Below, in pieces: positions 18,401-27,009 of a DNA stretch of 64,000 nt (positions are counted from its first letter, which is position 1; each line of letters opens with the position of its first letter). The DNA is from Polyangium jinanense. Its GTDB lineage: Bacteria > Myxococcota_A > Polyangia > Polyangiales > Polyangiaceae. A model generated the notes under the pieces. It was given only the letters and a program-made list of their open reading frames with translations. It did not search any database and was not told the DNA's origin. The position numbers and the translations under genes were made by a program. Location of the stretch: contig NZ_JAGTJK010000012.1 in assembly GCF_028435265.1 (NCBI RefSeq), positions 102,900 to 166,899 of the forward strand, written 5' to 3'.

Positions 18401-19898
18401 CTTCTCCCAGGCGCTCCTCCGCTTCGAGGAGGCCATGCGCGTCGACGAGACCAGCCTTCCGGCCCGCATCGGCGCCACGAAAACCCTCCTCGCGCTCGAA
18501 CGCCTCAAGGACGGAAAGGCCCTCGCCGAAAAACTCCGCGCCGACAAACCCGACGCCGCCGCCTCCGCCTACTGGCTCGGCCGCGTCGAGGATGCGCTTG
18601 GCAACAAGAAAGAAGCCGAGGCCCTTTACGCCCAGGCCATCAAGCTCGGCGGCGTGCAGACCGAGGCCGTCGAGGCCTACGTCGCGCTCGCCTCGCTCCT
18701 CTCGGCGGCCGGCCGCAATGACGAGGCGCAGGCCAAGCTTGGCGAGGCCAGCACCAAGTTCCCCGATCTCCCGGCGCTCCACCGCGCCAAGGGCGAGGTC
18801 TTCTCGCAGGCGGGCCGTTATTCCGAGGCGCGCACCGAATTCGAGGCTGCGCTCGCCAAGGAGGACGACCTCGGCACGCGCTTCCGCCTCGGCGTCACGC
18901 TCCGCCGCATGGGCTCGTTCGAGGAATCGCAGAAGGTCTTCGACCAGATCGCGACCATCGACAAGGAATTCCCGGGCCTCTCGCTCGAGCGCGGCCTTCT
19001 TTACGAGGAGACGGGCCAGAGCGAGCGCGCGCTCGAGATGTATGCGGCGGCGCTGGAGAAGGCGCCGAATGACATCGACCTCAAAATGCGCGTCGGCTCG
19101 GCGCAGGTCATGGCGGGCCATGCGGCGCAAGCCGAGCCGATTTTGCGTGAGGTCTTGAAGGAGCGCGGAAGCTCCTCGGACGCGAACCATTTCCTCGGCC
19201 GCGCGCTCCTCTTGAAGGGTGGCTCGACGGCGGCGGGGGATGCGATCCGCTTCCTCGAGCGGGCCACGGAGATCGACGGCAATCGCGCTGAATATTACCT
19301 GTACGTCGGCTGGGCGGCGAACGTCCTCGGCCAGTTCCCGAAGGCCGAGGCGGCCTTGAAGCGCGCGCTCGAGCTCGACCGCGAGCTCGCGGACGCCTAC
19401 TGGCAACGCGGCGTCTTGCTCCACAAGCAAGGCCGCACGCTCGATGCCCTCGCGGACCTCGAGATTGCCTTGCAAAAGCGCCCCTCCCGGCACGAGGCGC
19501 ACGCCACGATGGCGCTCTGTTATCAGGAGCTCGGCCGCTGGCCGGAGGCGCAGACGGCGTGGCAAAAGGCGATCGCCGGCAATGGCTCGGTCGCCGAGTG
19601 GCATTATCGGCTCGGGAAGATCTTCGAATCGAACGGGAACAAGCACGCGGCAACGCCGGAGCTCGACAAGGCCGTGGAGCTGCTCCTGCAGAAGGGCGGA
19701 CCGGCGGAGAGCTGGCACGCCGACGCGTATTTCCTCCACGGCGAGGCGATGCGCGCGACGGGGCAAAAGGACAAGGCCGTGAAGAGCTTCCTCCGATTCA
19801 AGGACGTGGCGGCGATGGATAATGCGTACCGCACCGACGTGGAGCGGGCGCTCGTGTCGCTGGGGCAGGGGGGAACCCCCCCTCGCCCCAATCCTTGA
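15483..19898 (+). CDS. Zinc-ribbon (MJ0042-type) / TPR-repeat protein with a long internal tandem-repeat region
   Basis: N-terminal CDSCKSPYQV..RCSKCGT CxxC-x-CxxC ribbon. ~20 repeats of GFGEIDLPxPARPAxx follow. The C-terminal ~900 aa are TPR repeats. Start chosen at MSMVKVECDSCK. Confidence 0.75.
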   Translation: MSMVKVECDSCKSPYQVEERRIPATGLKMRCSKCGTSLLVRKPSEPAEEEIDLPSPVAPRAKGGSEPLLPRPVAGKAPAAPLAPKPPVLPAQPKPAAPAKPAAPAKPVAPAKPVAPAKPVASAPAPKPAEATELDLWGEGDDPGFGEIDLPSPAKPTVRQMPASLPAAEEEELVDLPVPAKPTVRQMPAAAVNEFPLDEEEEEDAALAAIELPPGMPSTKPTVRQMKAVAATTSLEVDLPSPSPSPTRAAASKPGPPKPEDKPTAPARPATKGFGEIDLPSPARPAAPKPPPKPDEKLPAPARPVAKSAPEPEIDLPSPARAAKKSTPELDLPAPARPAPAAKGFGEIDLPAPARPAAARPAPPAAKGFGEIDLPAPARAPAKNEPPDLPAPAPPGPKHRSSGAMTALRGKPLSSFDLPAVTADTDLGNFGEIDLPAPDLGGFGELDLPAPEGPSFGDLELPLPPTAGSATRNDVTRRMDPGATVPSSAIAAFDPGDLGELEFPLASDPPPAPAAAPAAPPRAAQPSTPSFELDDAAFDAAFADPPPNRTAAAPKTTPHPPNSTRAAAPVSKPGEEFSLEPAIDLAVSAPISTGAPTQRAEVDLGAAPEPPPDDSAGIGDEVDLAPGESDGADAPLAKRDKPPKSVARPASETRPRGRGRVYGIGAAVLIAIGGGALALLPDIGPFGVHAVSDLVNASAHAEALTGLEKNTQATLDEDTAAAAARALEAAKAAQVSRPRHRATAAYAAYVAFARSLRHGRRGDDETLGKQLLGQTESPSRERTLAVAAEHALAGRLEPARRLAKDALDANTNDIDAAVLIGEIELASGAAADALVAWKRAVSLHKGARSLYGLARAELAKGDAASAEKTARAALEASPKHAGARTLLASILGRDPAKETEALDLLGKVTADGDIRASASERELVEAYIEIGRIHLGRSRITAAEQAFAAALKIDPRSAAALIGDGELFYRSSRFSQALLRFEEAMRVDETSLPARIGATKTLLALERLKDGKALAEKLRADKPDAAASAYWLGRVEDALGNKKEAEALYAQAIKLGGVQTEAVEAYVALASLLSAAGRNDEAQAKLGEASTKFPDLPALHRAKGEVFSQAGRYSEARTEFEAALAKEDDLGTRFRLGVTLRRMGSFEESQKVFDQIATIDKEFPGLSLERGLLYEETGQSERALEMYAAALEKAPNDIDLKMRVGSAQVMAGHAAQAEPILREVLKERGSSSDANHFLGRALLLKGGSTAAGDAIRFLERATEIDGNRAEYYLYVGWAANVLGQFPKAEAALKRALELDRELADAYWQRGVLLHKQGRTLDALADLEIALQKRPSRHEAHATMALCYQELGRWPEAQTAWQKAIAGNGSVAEWHYRLGKIFESNGNKHAATPELDKAVELLLQKGGPAESWHADAYFLHGEAMRATGQKDKAVKSFLRFKDVAAMDNAYRTDVERALVSLGQGGTPPRPNP
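15905..16870 (+). repeat. Intragenic tandem repeats encoding (G)FGEIDLP(S/A)PA(R/K)P.. units
   Basis: gggttcggcgagatcga(c/t)ct(g/c)cc units recur every ~60-120 bp. Confidence 0.7.
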
Positions 19899-20017
19899 CC
19901 CGCGTTTCCTTCCTCGCCGAGCCAGACCCCAGAAAGCACTTCCTTCCATCCGCTGGCACGTGGTACAGGACCCTACCACGATTGTGCAGTGTGTACTGCT
20001 ACAGTGGATGAGGGGTT

Positions 20018-23000
20018 ATGTCTGGACTCGTATCTTCGTGTCCGAGAAAGGGAGCCGCGTCCGGTGTCGCGGCTCGTGATCGTATTCGGCGCGGCATCGG
20101 GGCCGCGCTCGTCGTCTGGCTCGTCGCGCTCGTCGCGTCGTGCTCCGCCCGCGATGCGGAGCTCTCGATGGGCGAGACCGCGCCTCCGGAGCCGGCGCCT
20201 CTGCGCGCGCCGGGGAAACGCACGCAGACGTCCGCTCCGTTTGATCTCGACGGGGTCATGCGGCAGGTCCATTTCGCTTTCCGGAAGGACGGCGAACGCT
20301 GGACGGGCGGGCACAGCACCTACGAGGTGCGCGCCTCGACCTCGGCCTTCGCGGTTCGGCCCGCGTCTACCGAGGCGCAGGGCGCGGAGGCCACGTTCGA
20401 AACCGTCTCGATGACCCGCGGCGCGGCCCGCAACCTTCGTGGCGTCGAAGGGCGCGTCGAGCAGGATGGCCACCTCGCCATCGCGCGGGGCGACGTCACC
20501 GAGCACCTGCGGAACGACGACGAGGGCGTCGAGCAGAGCTTCTCGTTCGAGGCGCAGCCGAAGGGCCGCGGCGATCTCGAAATCCGCGTCCGGGTCACGG
20601 GCCAGGCCTACGCGGGCGAGACCGCGGCGGGGCACCATTTCGTCGATCCGGCGACGGGCCTCGGGCTTCGGTATGGCCTGGCGACGTGGATCGACGGGCG
20701 CGGGGAACGGACGGCGGTCCCGGTGCGGTATGCCAAGGCCGGGGGCGAGCTCGTCTTGACCGTGCCCGCGGCCGTCGTGGAGGGCTCCGCTTACCCTGCG
20801 GTGCTCGACCCGACGATTGGCCCGGAGTTTGGCCTGGATGCCCCCATTTATTTCCCGGTGTCCGCAGCGCAGACGTACCCGCAGGTCGCCTTCGACGGGA
20901 CGAACTTTCTCGTTACCTGGCTCGACGCGCGGCAGATCAACAAAGTCGGCCTGCAAACGGTCGTGGGCGTCCGCGTCACGCCCGCGGGCGTGATCCTCGA
21001 CCCGGGGGGCTTCGAGATCGGAAACGCGGTACACTCCAACGGCCCAACCAAGGGGCCGGCCGTGGCCTTCACCGGCACCCATTACCTCGTGGTATGGGCG
21101 GGGGGCAGCGCCGAGGGCGGCGTCGTGGTAGGCGCGCGCGTCACGCCGGACGGCGCCGTGCTGGACCCGAAGAAATTGGGAAGCCAGACCGCCGGGGTAA
21201 GCGCGATCGACGTGGCCGCCGCGGGCGCGAATTCCCTTGTCGTCTGGGCGGCCGACGGGAAGGTGCAAGCTGTGCGCGTCGACGCGACGGGCGCGGCCGT
21301 CGGCAGTCAATTCCCCGTCCTCGCGAGCACGGCCAAGATCGAGTCCAACCCCGTGGTGGGGTCGAATGGAACCGACTTCCTCGTCGCGTGGGAAGACACG
21401 CGAAACAACGCCATCGCGGACATCTACGGCGCGCGCGTGACAGCGGCCGGGGCCGTGCTCGATCCCACTGGCTTTGCCATCTCGCTCGGGGCGCAGACCC
21501 AGCTCCTCCCCTCCGTCGCCTCCAATGGAACGGACTACTTCGTCGCCTGGGAAGACGGCAGGTGGGGAAACAAAGACATCTACGGCGCGCGGGTCTCGTC
21601 GTCCGGAGCCTTGCTGGATCCGATCGGCGTGCAGGTTTCCAAGAACGCGGGAACGCAGACGTCCCCCGCTGTCGCGTTCGACGGCAGCGGGTACGTCGTC
21701 GTCTGGAACGACAATCGCACGGGCGACTCCGACATCTGGCAGGGGCGGGTCTCGGTCGCCGGCGCTGCGCTCGATGGGACCGGGACCGCGGTCGCCGTCG
21801 CCACGAACCAGCAATCCCGGCCGAGCGTCGCGTGCGCGGGCGGCGCTTGTTTCGCTGCCTGGGAAGACCTGCGCGCCGGCGGCAATGCGGCCGCCTATGG
21901 TGCGCGCTTCACGGGGAGCACGGTCGACGATGCGGGCGGCCTGATGCTCCTCTCGGCCGCCAACCAGCAGGACGCGCCCTCCCTCGCCTACGACGGCACG
22001 AACTACCTGGTCGTCTGGCAGGACCTGCGCAACAACACGAACCTCGACATCTATGGCGCGCGGGTCTCGCCGGCCGGCGACGTGCTCGATCCCTCGGGCA
22101 TCCAGGTGTCGGCCGCGACCGGCGATCAATCCTCCCCGAAGGTCGTTTGGGGCGGCAGCCAGTACATGATCGTCTGGGAAGACAAGCGCTCGGGGACCTA
22201 TTACGACCTCTACGCCGCGCGCATGACCGCGGCCGGCGTCATCACCGATCCCAGCGGGATCCCCCTCGTCGCCGTCGCCAACCGGCACGAACAAGCCCCG
22301 CAGCTCGCGTTTGACGGCACGAATTACCTCGTCACCTGGCAGGACAATCGTTCGAGCGCCTCCTCCTTCAGCGTCTACGGCGCCCTGCTGACCCAGGCCG
22401 GCACGCTGCTCCAGCCGACCGGCTTCCAGATCGGATCGCTCGGCGTGGCCGGTTTCTCTCACGCCATGGCGTTCGGCGGGGGCCAATACTTCGTGGCATG
22501 GTATACTCCGGGTATCTTGGGCGGCGTGGGGGGCTTCCGAGGGGGGCGCGTCACGACCGCCGGGGCGCTCCTGGACAACACGGCGATCGTCATTCGTAAC
22601 ACCACGACCAACGGCCCCGTTGCGACGGCGTACGACGGGCTGAACTTCACCGTCGCGTACACCAGCACTCGCGTCTTTCTGGCCCGCGTGACGGGCGCCG
22701 GGGTCCTCATCGACACCCTCGACGTCGAGCTGACCCCCTCCAATATCTACAGCAGCCATCCCGCCATCGCCTTCGACGGGACCGATTGCCTCCTCGTCTG
22801 GCGTGACGGGAGGCATGGCAACAATGGTGCCATTTACGGCAGTTGGGTGACCGAGGCCGGCGACGTCCTCACCCCCGGCGGCCAGCCCTTCGCGGGCAAT
22901 GGCGCCATGTTCCACGGTCGCCCGGCGCTCGCGAGCGACGGCGCGGGCCACCTGCTCCTCGCTTATACGAAGGGCGATACCGCGCCTCCCTTCGGAAGCA

Positions 23001-23725
23001 ACCGCATCCGCGCCCGTCTCCTCACGACCTCCCAGCCCCTCGGCGCCGCCTGCTCCGCATCGACCGATTGCGCGAGCGGCTTCTGCGCCGACGGCGTCTG
23101 CTGCAACACGAGCTGCGGCGGCTCCGCGCCCGATTGCCAGGCCTGCGCGGCCGCGCTCGGCGCCTCCGCCGACGGCACCTGCACGCCGCTCACGGGCGCG
23201 ACCTGCAACGACGACAATGCCTGCACGCAAAGCGACACCTGCAATGCGGGCGCGTGCGTCGGCGCCGCTCCCGTCGTCTGCACGGCCCAGGACGAATGCC
23301 ACGATCCCGGCACCTGTGATCCGGCGACGGGCACCTGTGACGACCCGGCGAAGGCGGACGGCGAAGCCTGCGCGGGCGGCACCTGCATGGGCGGGGTTTG
23401 CCAGAGCAGCGGAGCCGGCACGGGCGGGAGTGGCGGCAATGGTGGGAGCGGCGGCAATGGTGGAAGCGGCGGGAGCGGCGGAAGCGGCGGAAGCAGTGAA
23501 TCCAGCTCCTCGGGCACCGGCGTGACCACGACCGGCGCGGGCGGTGGAAACGACCTGGCCCCGGGCGGCGGAGCCGACCAGGCCAAGGGCTCGGCCGTAT
23601 CCGTCGGCTGCCAGGCCGCGAATGCGCCTGCGACGGGCGCTCCGATCGCCGCGCTGATGCTCGCCGCCGGGCTCCTCGCTCGTCGACGCGTCACCTCGCG
23701 CCGCCGCGCCGCCTCTCTCGCCTGA
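20018..23725 (+). CDS. Cell-surface repeat protein with a MYXO-CTERM sorting signal (1235 aa)
   Basis: Signal/lipobox (LVASCS). ~13 copies of a ~55-aa unit (..DGTNYLVVWQD.R.....DIYGARVS.AG.VLDP.G..V). A Cys-rich module (CSASTDCASGFCADGVCCNTSC..). C-terminal GC..hydrophobic stretch..RRR tail typical of the MYXO-CTERM sorting signal. Confidence 0.75.
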   Translation: MSGLVSSCPRKGAASGVAARDRIRRGIGAALVVWLVALVASCSARDAELSMGETAPPEPAPLRAPGKRTQTSAPFDLDGVMRQVHFAFRKDGERWTGGHSTYEVRASTSAFAVRPASTEAQGAEATFETVSMTRGAARNLRGVEGRVEQDGHLAIARGDVTEHLRNDDEGVEQSFSFEAQPKGRGDLEIRVRVTGQAYAGETAAGHHFVDPATGLGLRYGLATWIDGRGERTAVPVRYAKAGGELVLTVPAAVVEGSAYPAVLDPTIGPEFGLDAPIYFPVSAAQTYPQVAFDGTNFLVTWLDARQINKVGLQTVVGVRVTPAGVILDPGGFEIGNAVHSNGPTKGPAVAFTGTHYLVVWAGGSAEGGVVVGARVTPDGAVLDPKKLGSQTAGVSAIDVAAAGANSLVVWAADGKVQAVRVDATGAAVGSQFPVLASTAKIESNPVVGSNGTDFLVAWEDTRNNAIADIYGARVTAAGAVLDPTGFAISLGAQTQLLPSVASNGTDYFVAWEDGRWGNKDIYGARVSSSGALLDPIGVQVSKNAGTQTSPAVAFDGSGYVVVWNDNRTGDSDIWQGRVSVAGAALDGTGTAVAVATNQQSRPSVACAGGACFAAWEDLRAGGNAAAYGARFTGSTVDDAGGLMLLSAANQQDAPSLAYDGTNYLVVWQDLRNNTNLDIYGARVSPAGDVLDPSGIQVSAATGDQSSPKVVWGGSQYMIVWEDKRSGTYYDLYAARMTAAGVITDPSGIPLVAVANRHEQAPQLAFDGTNYLVTWQDNRSSASSFSVYGALLTQAGTLLQPTGFQIGSLGVAGFSHAMAFGGGQYFVAWYTPGILGGVGGFRGGRVTTAGALLDNTAIVIRNTTTNGPVATAYDGLNFTVAYTSTRVFLARVTGAGVLIDTLDVELTPSNIYSSHPAIAFDGTDCLLVWRDGRHGNNGAIYGSWVTEAGDVLTPGGQPFAGNGAMFHGRPALASDGAGHLLLAYTKGDTAPPFGSNRIRARLLTTSQPLGAACSASTDCASGFCADGVCCNTSCGGSAPDCQACAAALGASADGTCTPLTGATCNDDNACTQSDTCNAGACVGAAPVVCTAQDECHDPGTCDPATGTCDDPAKADGEACAGGTCMGGVCQSSGAGTGGSGGNGGSGGNGGSGGSGGSGGSSESSSSGTGVTTTGAGGGNDLAPGGGADQAKGSAVSVGCQAANAPATGAPIAALMLAAGLLARRRVTSRRRAASLA

Positions 23726-23815
23726 TTCGCTCCCCCCTCATTCTTGTGCGCTCGATTTGCCATCCCGTAACCTGGGTCGCCACGGGACTCCTGCGGCCTG
23801 TAGGGAGGGCTTGTC

Positions 23816-25396
23816 ATGACCTCGCACCGTGCGCTCTCACCCTCGTCGAATGCTCGCCTTTGGGGCAACGGTGCCGCCCTGATGCTCGTGGGCGCTGCTG
23901 TGCGGTTTCTTCGGCTTGCGTTTCCGCTGCTCTTCGCTGTTTGCGTCTCGGTATGGCTCGTCGGGTGCGGGGCGGCGGGCGTGCGCGCGGAGGGATGGGC
24001 GCAGGAGCTCCAGGGCAAGAGCTTGTTTCGCGTCTGCCGGCGTCATCCCCGCGTCGGCCCGCATGCGCGCTACTGGTACGAGCTCGGGGACGGAGTGCAT
24101 CGACCGGCGTTCGAACCGCTCGAAAAGCTCCTGGAAAACCCTTCGGTCAAGGCCGTCTTCATCCATGACCCCCACGCGCCGCCCGAGAGCCGGAGGCTTT
24201 TGGGGCTCGCGTATCAGGATCTGCCCTGCGACAAGCCGCCGCCGCCGCCGCCGCCGCCGCCCGAGAAGATTGCGGCGGAAGAGCCGGAAGCCGGGCCGGC
24301 CAAGCGCACCACGGTCCGAACCGAGACGCGGACGTCGGCGATGAGGCCCTGCGAGAGGCCGCGCAAGAGGCCACCCGATCAGCGTTTCCTCGGGCAAACG
24401 GCGCCCACGCCCGCTCCGATGCCTGGGACGAGGGTGCCGTGTCCGCCGCCTCCTCCGGGGAAGACATACGAAGAACAGAAAGTCAACCTGGCGCGGAGGG
24501 ACGCCGAGGAGGAGGCGAGGCGCACGGGGGAGCGGATCGGGCGCGAGTGGGGGGCGACGCTCGGCAAGGCGGCTGGAGTGAAGGACTCCATCGACGTCAC
24601 GTATTTAGGAAACTTCGATTATGACATTCGGGACAAACCTGATGCCGAAGTCTTCGAAGTCATCCGGACCAATCTTGCCAAACAACTCGATGCAATCCCT
24701 GACCTGCCGACATACGACGACGAGCGGCTCGCCACGATCGCCTGGGAGGGCTTCCTCAAGGGGTATGGGCGAGGCTGGGCGGACGCCGAGCTGAAATTCG
24801 CGATCGTGAACGCCCTGGCGGACACCTTGTTGATGGTCGCCTCCGGGGGAGCGGCGGCCCTGGAGACCGTGGGGGCGAGGGTGCTGCGGGGCGCCCAGCA
24901 GAGGCTACGAAGTATGCCGGTGTTCCTGCCGAGCGCGGCGGGCGGACCGGGCGGGTTCTTGCGGCGGCCGAAGCTGCCGAGTCCGCCGGCCGCGAGCACG
25001 CCGAAGGCAGTGGCACCGCCCAGCGCGACGACAGTCACGACGACGACGAAGCCGGTCAGGGCGCCGAACGGCGCGGCGGGGCAGGCGGGGGCGCCGAAAA
25101 TTCGGAACCAGCACCTCGCGGGCAAGAACCACCCCAAGACCGGGGTGCCCTTCGATGCCGAGGGGTATCCGGATTTCAAGGCTGCTGGCGTCGTAAAAAG
25201 GGAGGTAAAGATCACCCAGACGGGGGACCGGCCTCATGATTACCGGCTCGCGAATGAGGCAGCGGGAGAGAAAGTAACGCCCAAAGACCATACGTGGCAC
25301 CATCACCAGGACGGGAAGACGATGCAGCTCGTGCCCACACAAATTCATGCGGACACAGGACATACCGGCGGGGTCGCAACGAAGGGGAGACCATGA
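23816..25396 (+). CDS. Lipoprotein polymorphic toxin with a C-terminal WHH-type HNH/EndoVII nuclease domain
   Basis: Lipobox LVGCGAAG. Pro-rich linkers (PPPPPPPPPPE, PCPPPPPGK). C-terminal ..KDHTWHHHQDGKTMQLVPTQIHADTGHTGG (WHH + H..H + GG). Its stop overlaps the immunity gene start by 1 nt spacing. Confidence 0.7.
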   Translation: MTSHRALSPSSNARLWGNGAALMLVGAAVRFLRLAFPLLFAVCVSVWLVGCGAAGVRAEGWAQELQGKSLFRVCRRHPRVGPHARYWYELGDGVHRPAFEPLEKLLENPSVKAVFIHDPHAPPESRRLLGLAYQDLPCDKPPPPPPPPPEKIAAEEPEAGPAKRTTVRTETRTSAMRPCERPRKRPPDQRFLGQTAPTPAPMPGTRVPCPPPPPGKTYEEQKVNLARRDAEEEARRTGERIGREWGATLGKAAGVKDSIDVTYLGNFDYDIRDKPDAEVFEVIRTNLAKQLDAIPDLPTYDDERLATIAWEGFLKGYGRGWADAELKFAIVNALADTLLMVASGGAAALETVGARVLRGAQQRLRSMPVFLPSAAGGPGGFLRRPKLPSPPAASTPKAVAPPSATTVTTTTKPVRAPNGAAGQAGAPKIRNQHLAGKNHPKTGVPFDAEGYPDFKAAGVVKREVKITQTGDRPHDYRLANEAAGEKVTPKDHTWHHHQDGKTMQLVPTQIHADTGHTGGVATKGRP

Positions 25397-25397
25397 C

Positions 25398-25916
25398 ATG
25401 GAAATCACAGACCGCGGAGAACCTTTGAGCGAGCAGGCCCTCCGAGAGTTGGAGGAGAAGCTCGGCGTGCGCCTGCCCGAACCCTATCGCCGGTTTTTGC
25501 AAGAGTACAATGGAGGCCGGCCAGACCCGGACATACTCGACATCGCCGGAGCCCCCTTCAAGGGCGCGGACGTCCACGTATTCTTTGGCCTAGGACGAGA
25601 GTACGAATCCGAGGATCTCTTGTGGAACAATGAGGACTGGAAGCGGCCCAGCTTGGGCAATGATGTCCTCGCAATCGCGTGTGATTCAGGCGGAAGCCTC
25701 TTCGGCATCGTCACCGAGGGGGAGCAGCGAGGCCGCGTGTACTATTTCGACTACTATGCGGACTGGGAGCCCTACTTCGTCGCCAGCGACTTCGACGCGT
25801 TCCTCCAGAAACTGCGAGCGTGGACGCCCGAGGAGCTAGCCGAGATCAAAAAGCTCGCGGCGGAGAACGCGGCGGCGAACGCCGCGGAGCTTGACCCCGA
25901 CAAACCTGCCGAGTAG
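25398..25916 (+). CDS. SUKH-1 (Smi1/Knr4) family immunity protein
   Basis: Hallmark LPEPYRRFLQEYNGG motif. 172 aa. Lies immediately downstream of the toxin (TGA-N-ATG). Confidence 0.8.
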   Translation: MEITDRGEPLSEQALRELEEKLGVRLPEPYRRFLQEYNGGRPDPDILDIAGAPFKGADVHVFFGLGREYESEDLLWNNEDWKRPSLGNDVLAIACDSGGSLFGIVTEGEQRGRVYYFDYYADWEPYFVASDFDAFLQKLRAWTPEELAEIKKLAAENAAANAAELDPDKPAE

Positions 25917-25932
25917 GATTCGCGGCAGAGAC

Positions 25933-26616
25933 ATGGACGACCAACTCGACCTCGGTCCGGCGTACGCGCCGTCCGCCGCGTCGCCGCCCGCCGCGCCCCT
26001 CCCCAGCGTGGTCGCGCCCTACGAAAGGGTGGTGATGTTCTCTTTCCCGGTCGGCGTCGTGGTCGGGCTGGTTGTAGGCTCTGTGGAGTATCTCCGGTTC
26101 GCCTACGCGCTGAGCTTCTTCGATCCGGACAAGCTCCTCCCGTATTTCACGGGCATCGCCGTGCTCCGCGTGATAGGCCCCTCCAGCGCCATGATCGCCG
26201 CATCGATCACGGCGGTCCTCGTCCTTCATCGCGCCGGGCGCAGGGCAAGCGGACCCATCGAGATCGATCACGCGCGCGTGCTCCTCGTCCTGGCGGCGCT
26301 CCCACATCTCACGGTCGTGACGATGCCATTCTGCGTCCTCGGCGCCCTGCTGGTGTGGCTTGCAAGAACCGCGGGAGCCGTGACCGTGTTTTTGAAAGCC
26401 ATGCTCGACGTCGGGGTGATATGGACCCATTTCGCTTTCGGCCTGGCCTTCACCGCGCTCTGCGGGCTTTGGCTCACGTACCTGCTCCGCATCGGGGCAA
26501 ACTGGCTCACCACGAAGAAGCACGGCCTCGCCCTGAAGCTCTTCGTCGCATTCGCCTCGCTCGCCATACCCAATGCTGTTCTACGGGCTGTCCTTTCGCT
26601 CGTGGATCCGGTTTGA
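25933..26616 (+). CDS. Polytopic membrane protein, function unknown
   Basis: 5-6 hydrophobic helices. No recognizable catalytic motif. Start uncertain (alternative upstream ATG at 25891). Confidence 0.5.
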   Translation: MDDQLDLGPAYAPSAASPPAAPLPSVVAPYERVVMFSFPVGVVVGLVVGSVEYLRFAYALSFFDPDKLLPYFTGIAVLRVIGPSSAMIAASITAVLVLHRAGRRASGPIEIDHARVLLVLAALPHLTVVTMPFCVLGALLVWLARTAGAVTVFLKAMLDVGVIWTHFAFGLAFTALCGLWLTYLLRIGANWLTTKKHGLALKLFVAFASLAIPNAVLRAVLSLVDPV

Positions 26617-26619
26617 GCC

Positions 26620-26945
26620 CGCTCTTCCGGTTGCACACCTCAGCTACCCAGCGGGTCGTCCTCAGCGAGCCGGCAGGCCGTCCTCGTCCTTCCGCAGGCC
26701 GTCGTCACCTACGCGGCAAGCCGTCCTCGTCCTTCCGTAGGCCGTTCTCATCTACGCGGCAGGCCGTCCTCACCTAACCGGAAGGCCGTCCTCACCTACC
26801 CGGCAGGCCGTCCTCGTCCTCCCGCAGGCCGTCGCCACCTACCCGGCAGGCCATCCTCAGCCTCCGAGAGCCTGGCCTCAGCGAGGCAAAAGCCCATCCT
26901 CGTCCTCCCGCACCCCGTCCTCAACCTCCGCCCCTGACGAGATCG
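26620..26945. repeat. Non-coding tandem array of ~43-bp units (each built from two ~21-bp half-units sharing the 10-mer ggccgtcctc)
   Basis: cggcaggccgtcctcgtccttccgcaggccgtcgtcacctac-like units appear ~7 times head-to-tail with point variation. Confidence 0.75.
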
Positions 26946-27009
26946 TGCTGCCCCTGAAGGAAATATCCGGCGTCAGCGTCTCTCGCGCACCCCTAACCGG
27001 AGGTGCTCG

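Noticed and set aside
15423-19979. 1518-aa minus-strand ORF
   Set aside because: Antisense of the zinc-ribbon/TPR gene. Arg/Gly/Leu/Glu-rich low-complexity frame.
19973-23302. 1109-aa minus-strand ORF
   Set aside because: Antisense shadow of the MYXO-CTERM repeat protein gene. Gly/Arg/Ala/Asp-rich with no domain signatures.
26620-26945. Possible CRISPR array
   Set aside because: Units are contiguous with no unique spacers. The repeat length and structure are inconsistent with CRISPR, and no cas genes are nearby.
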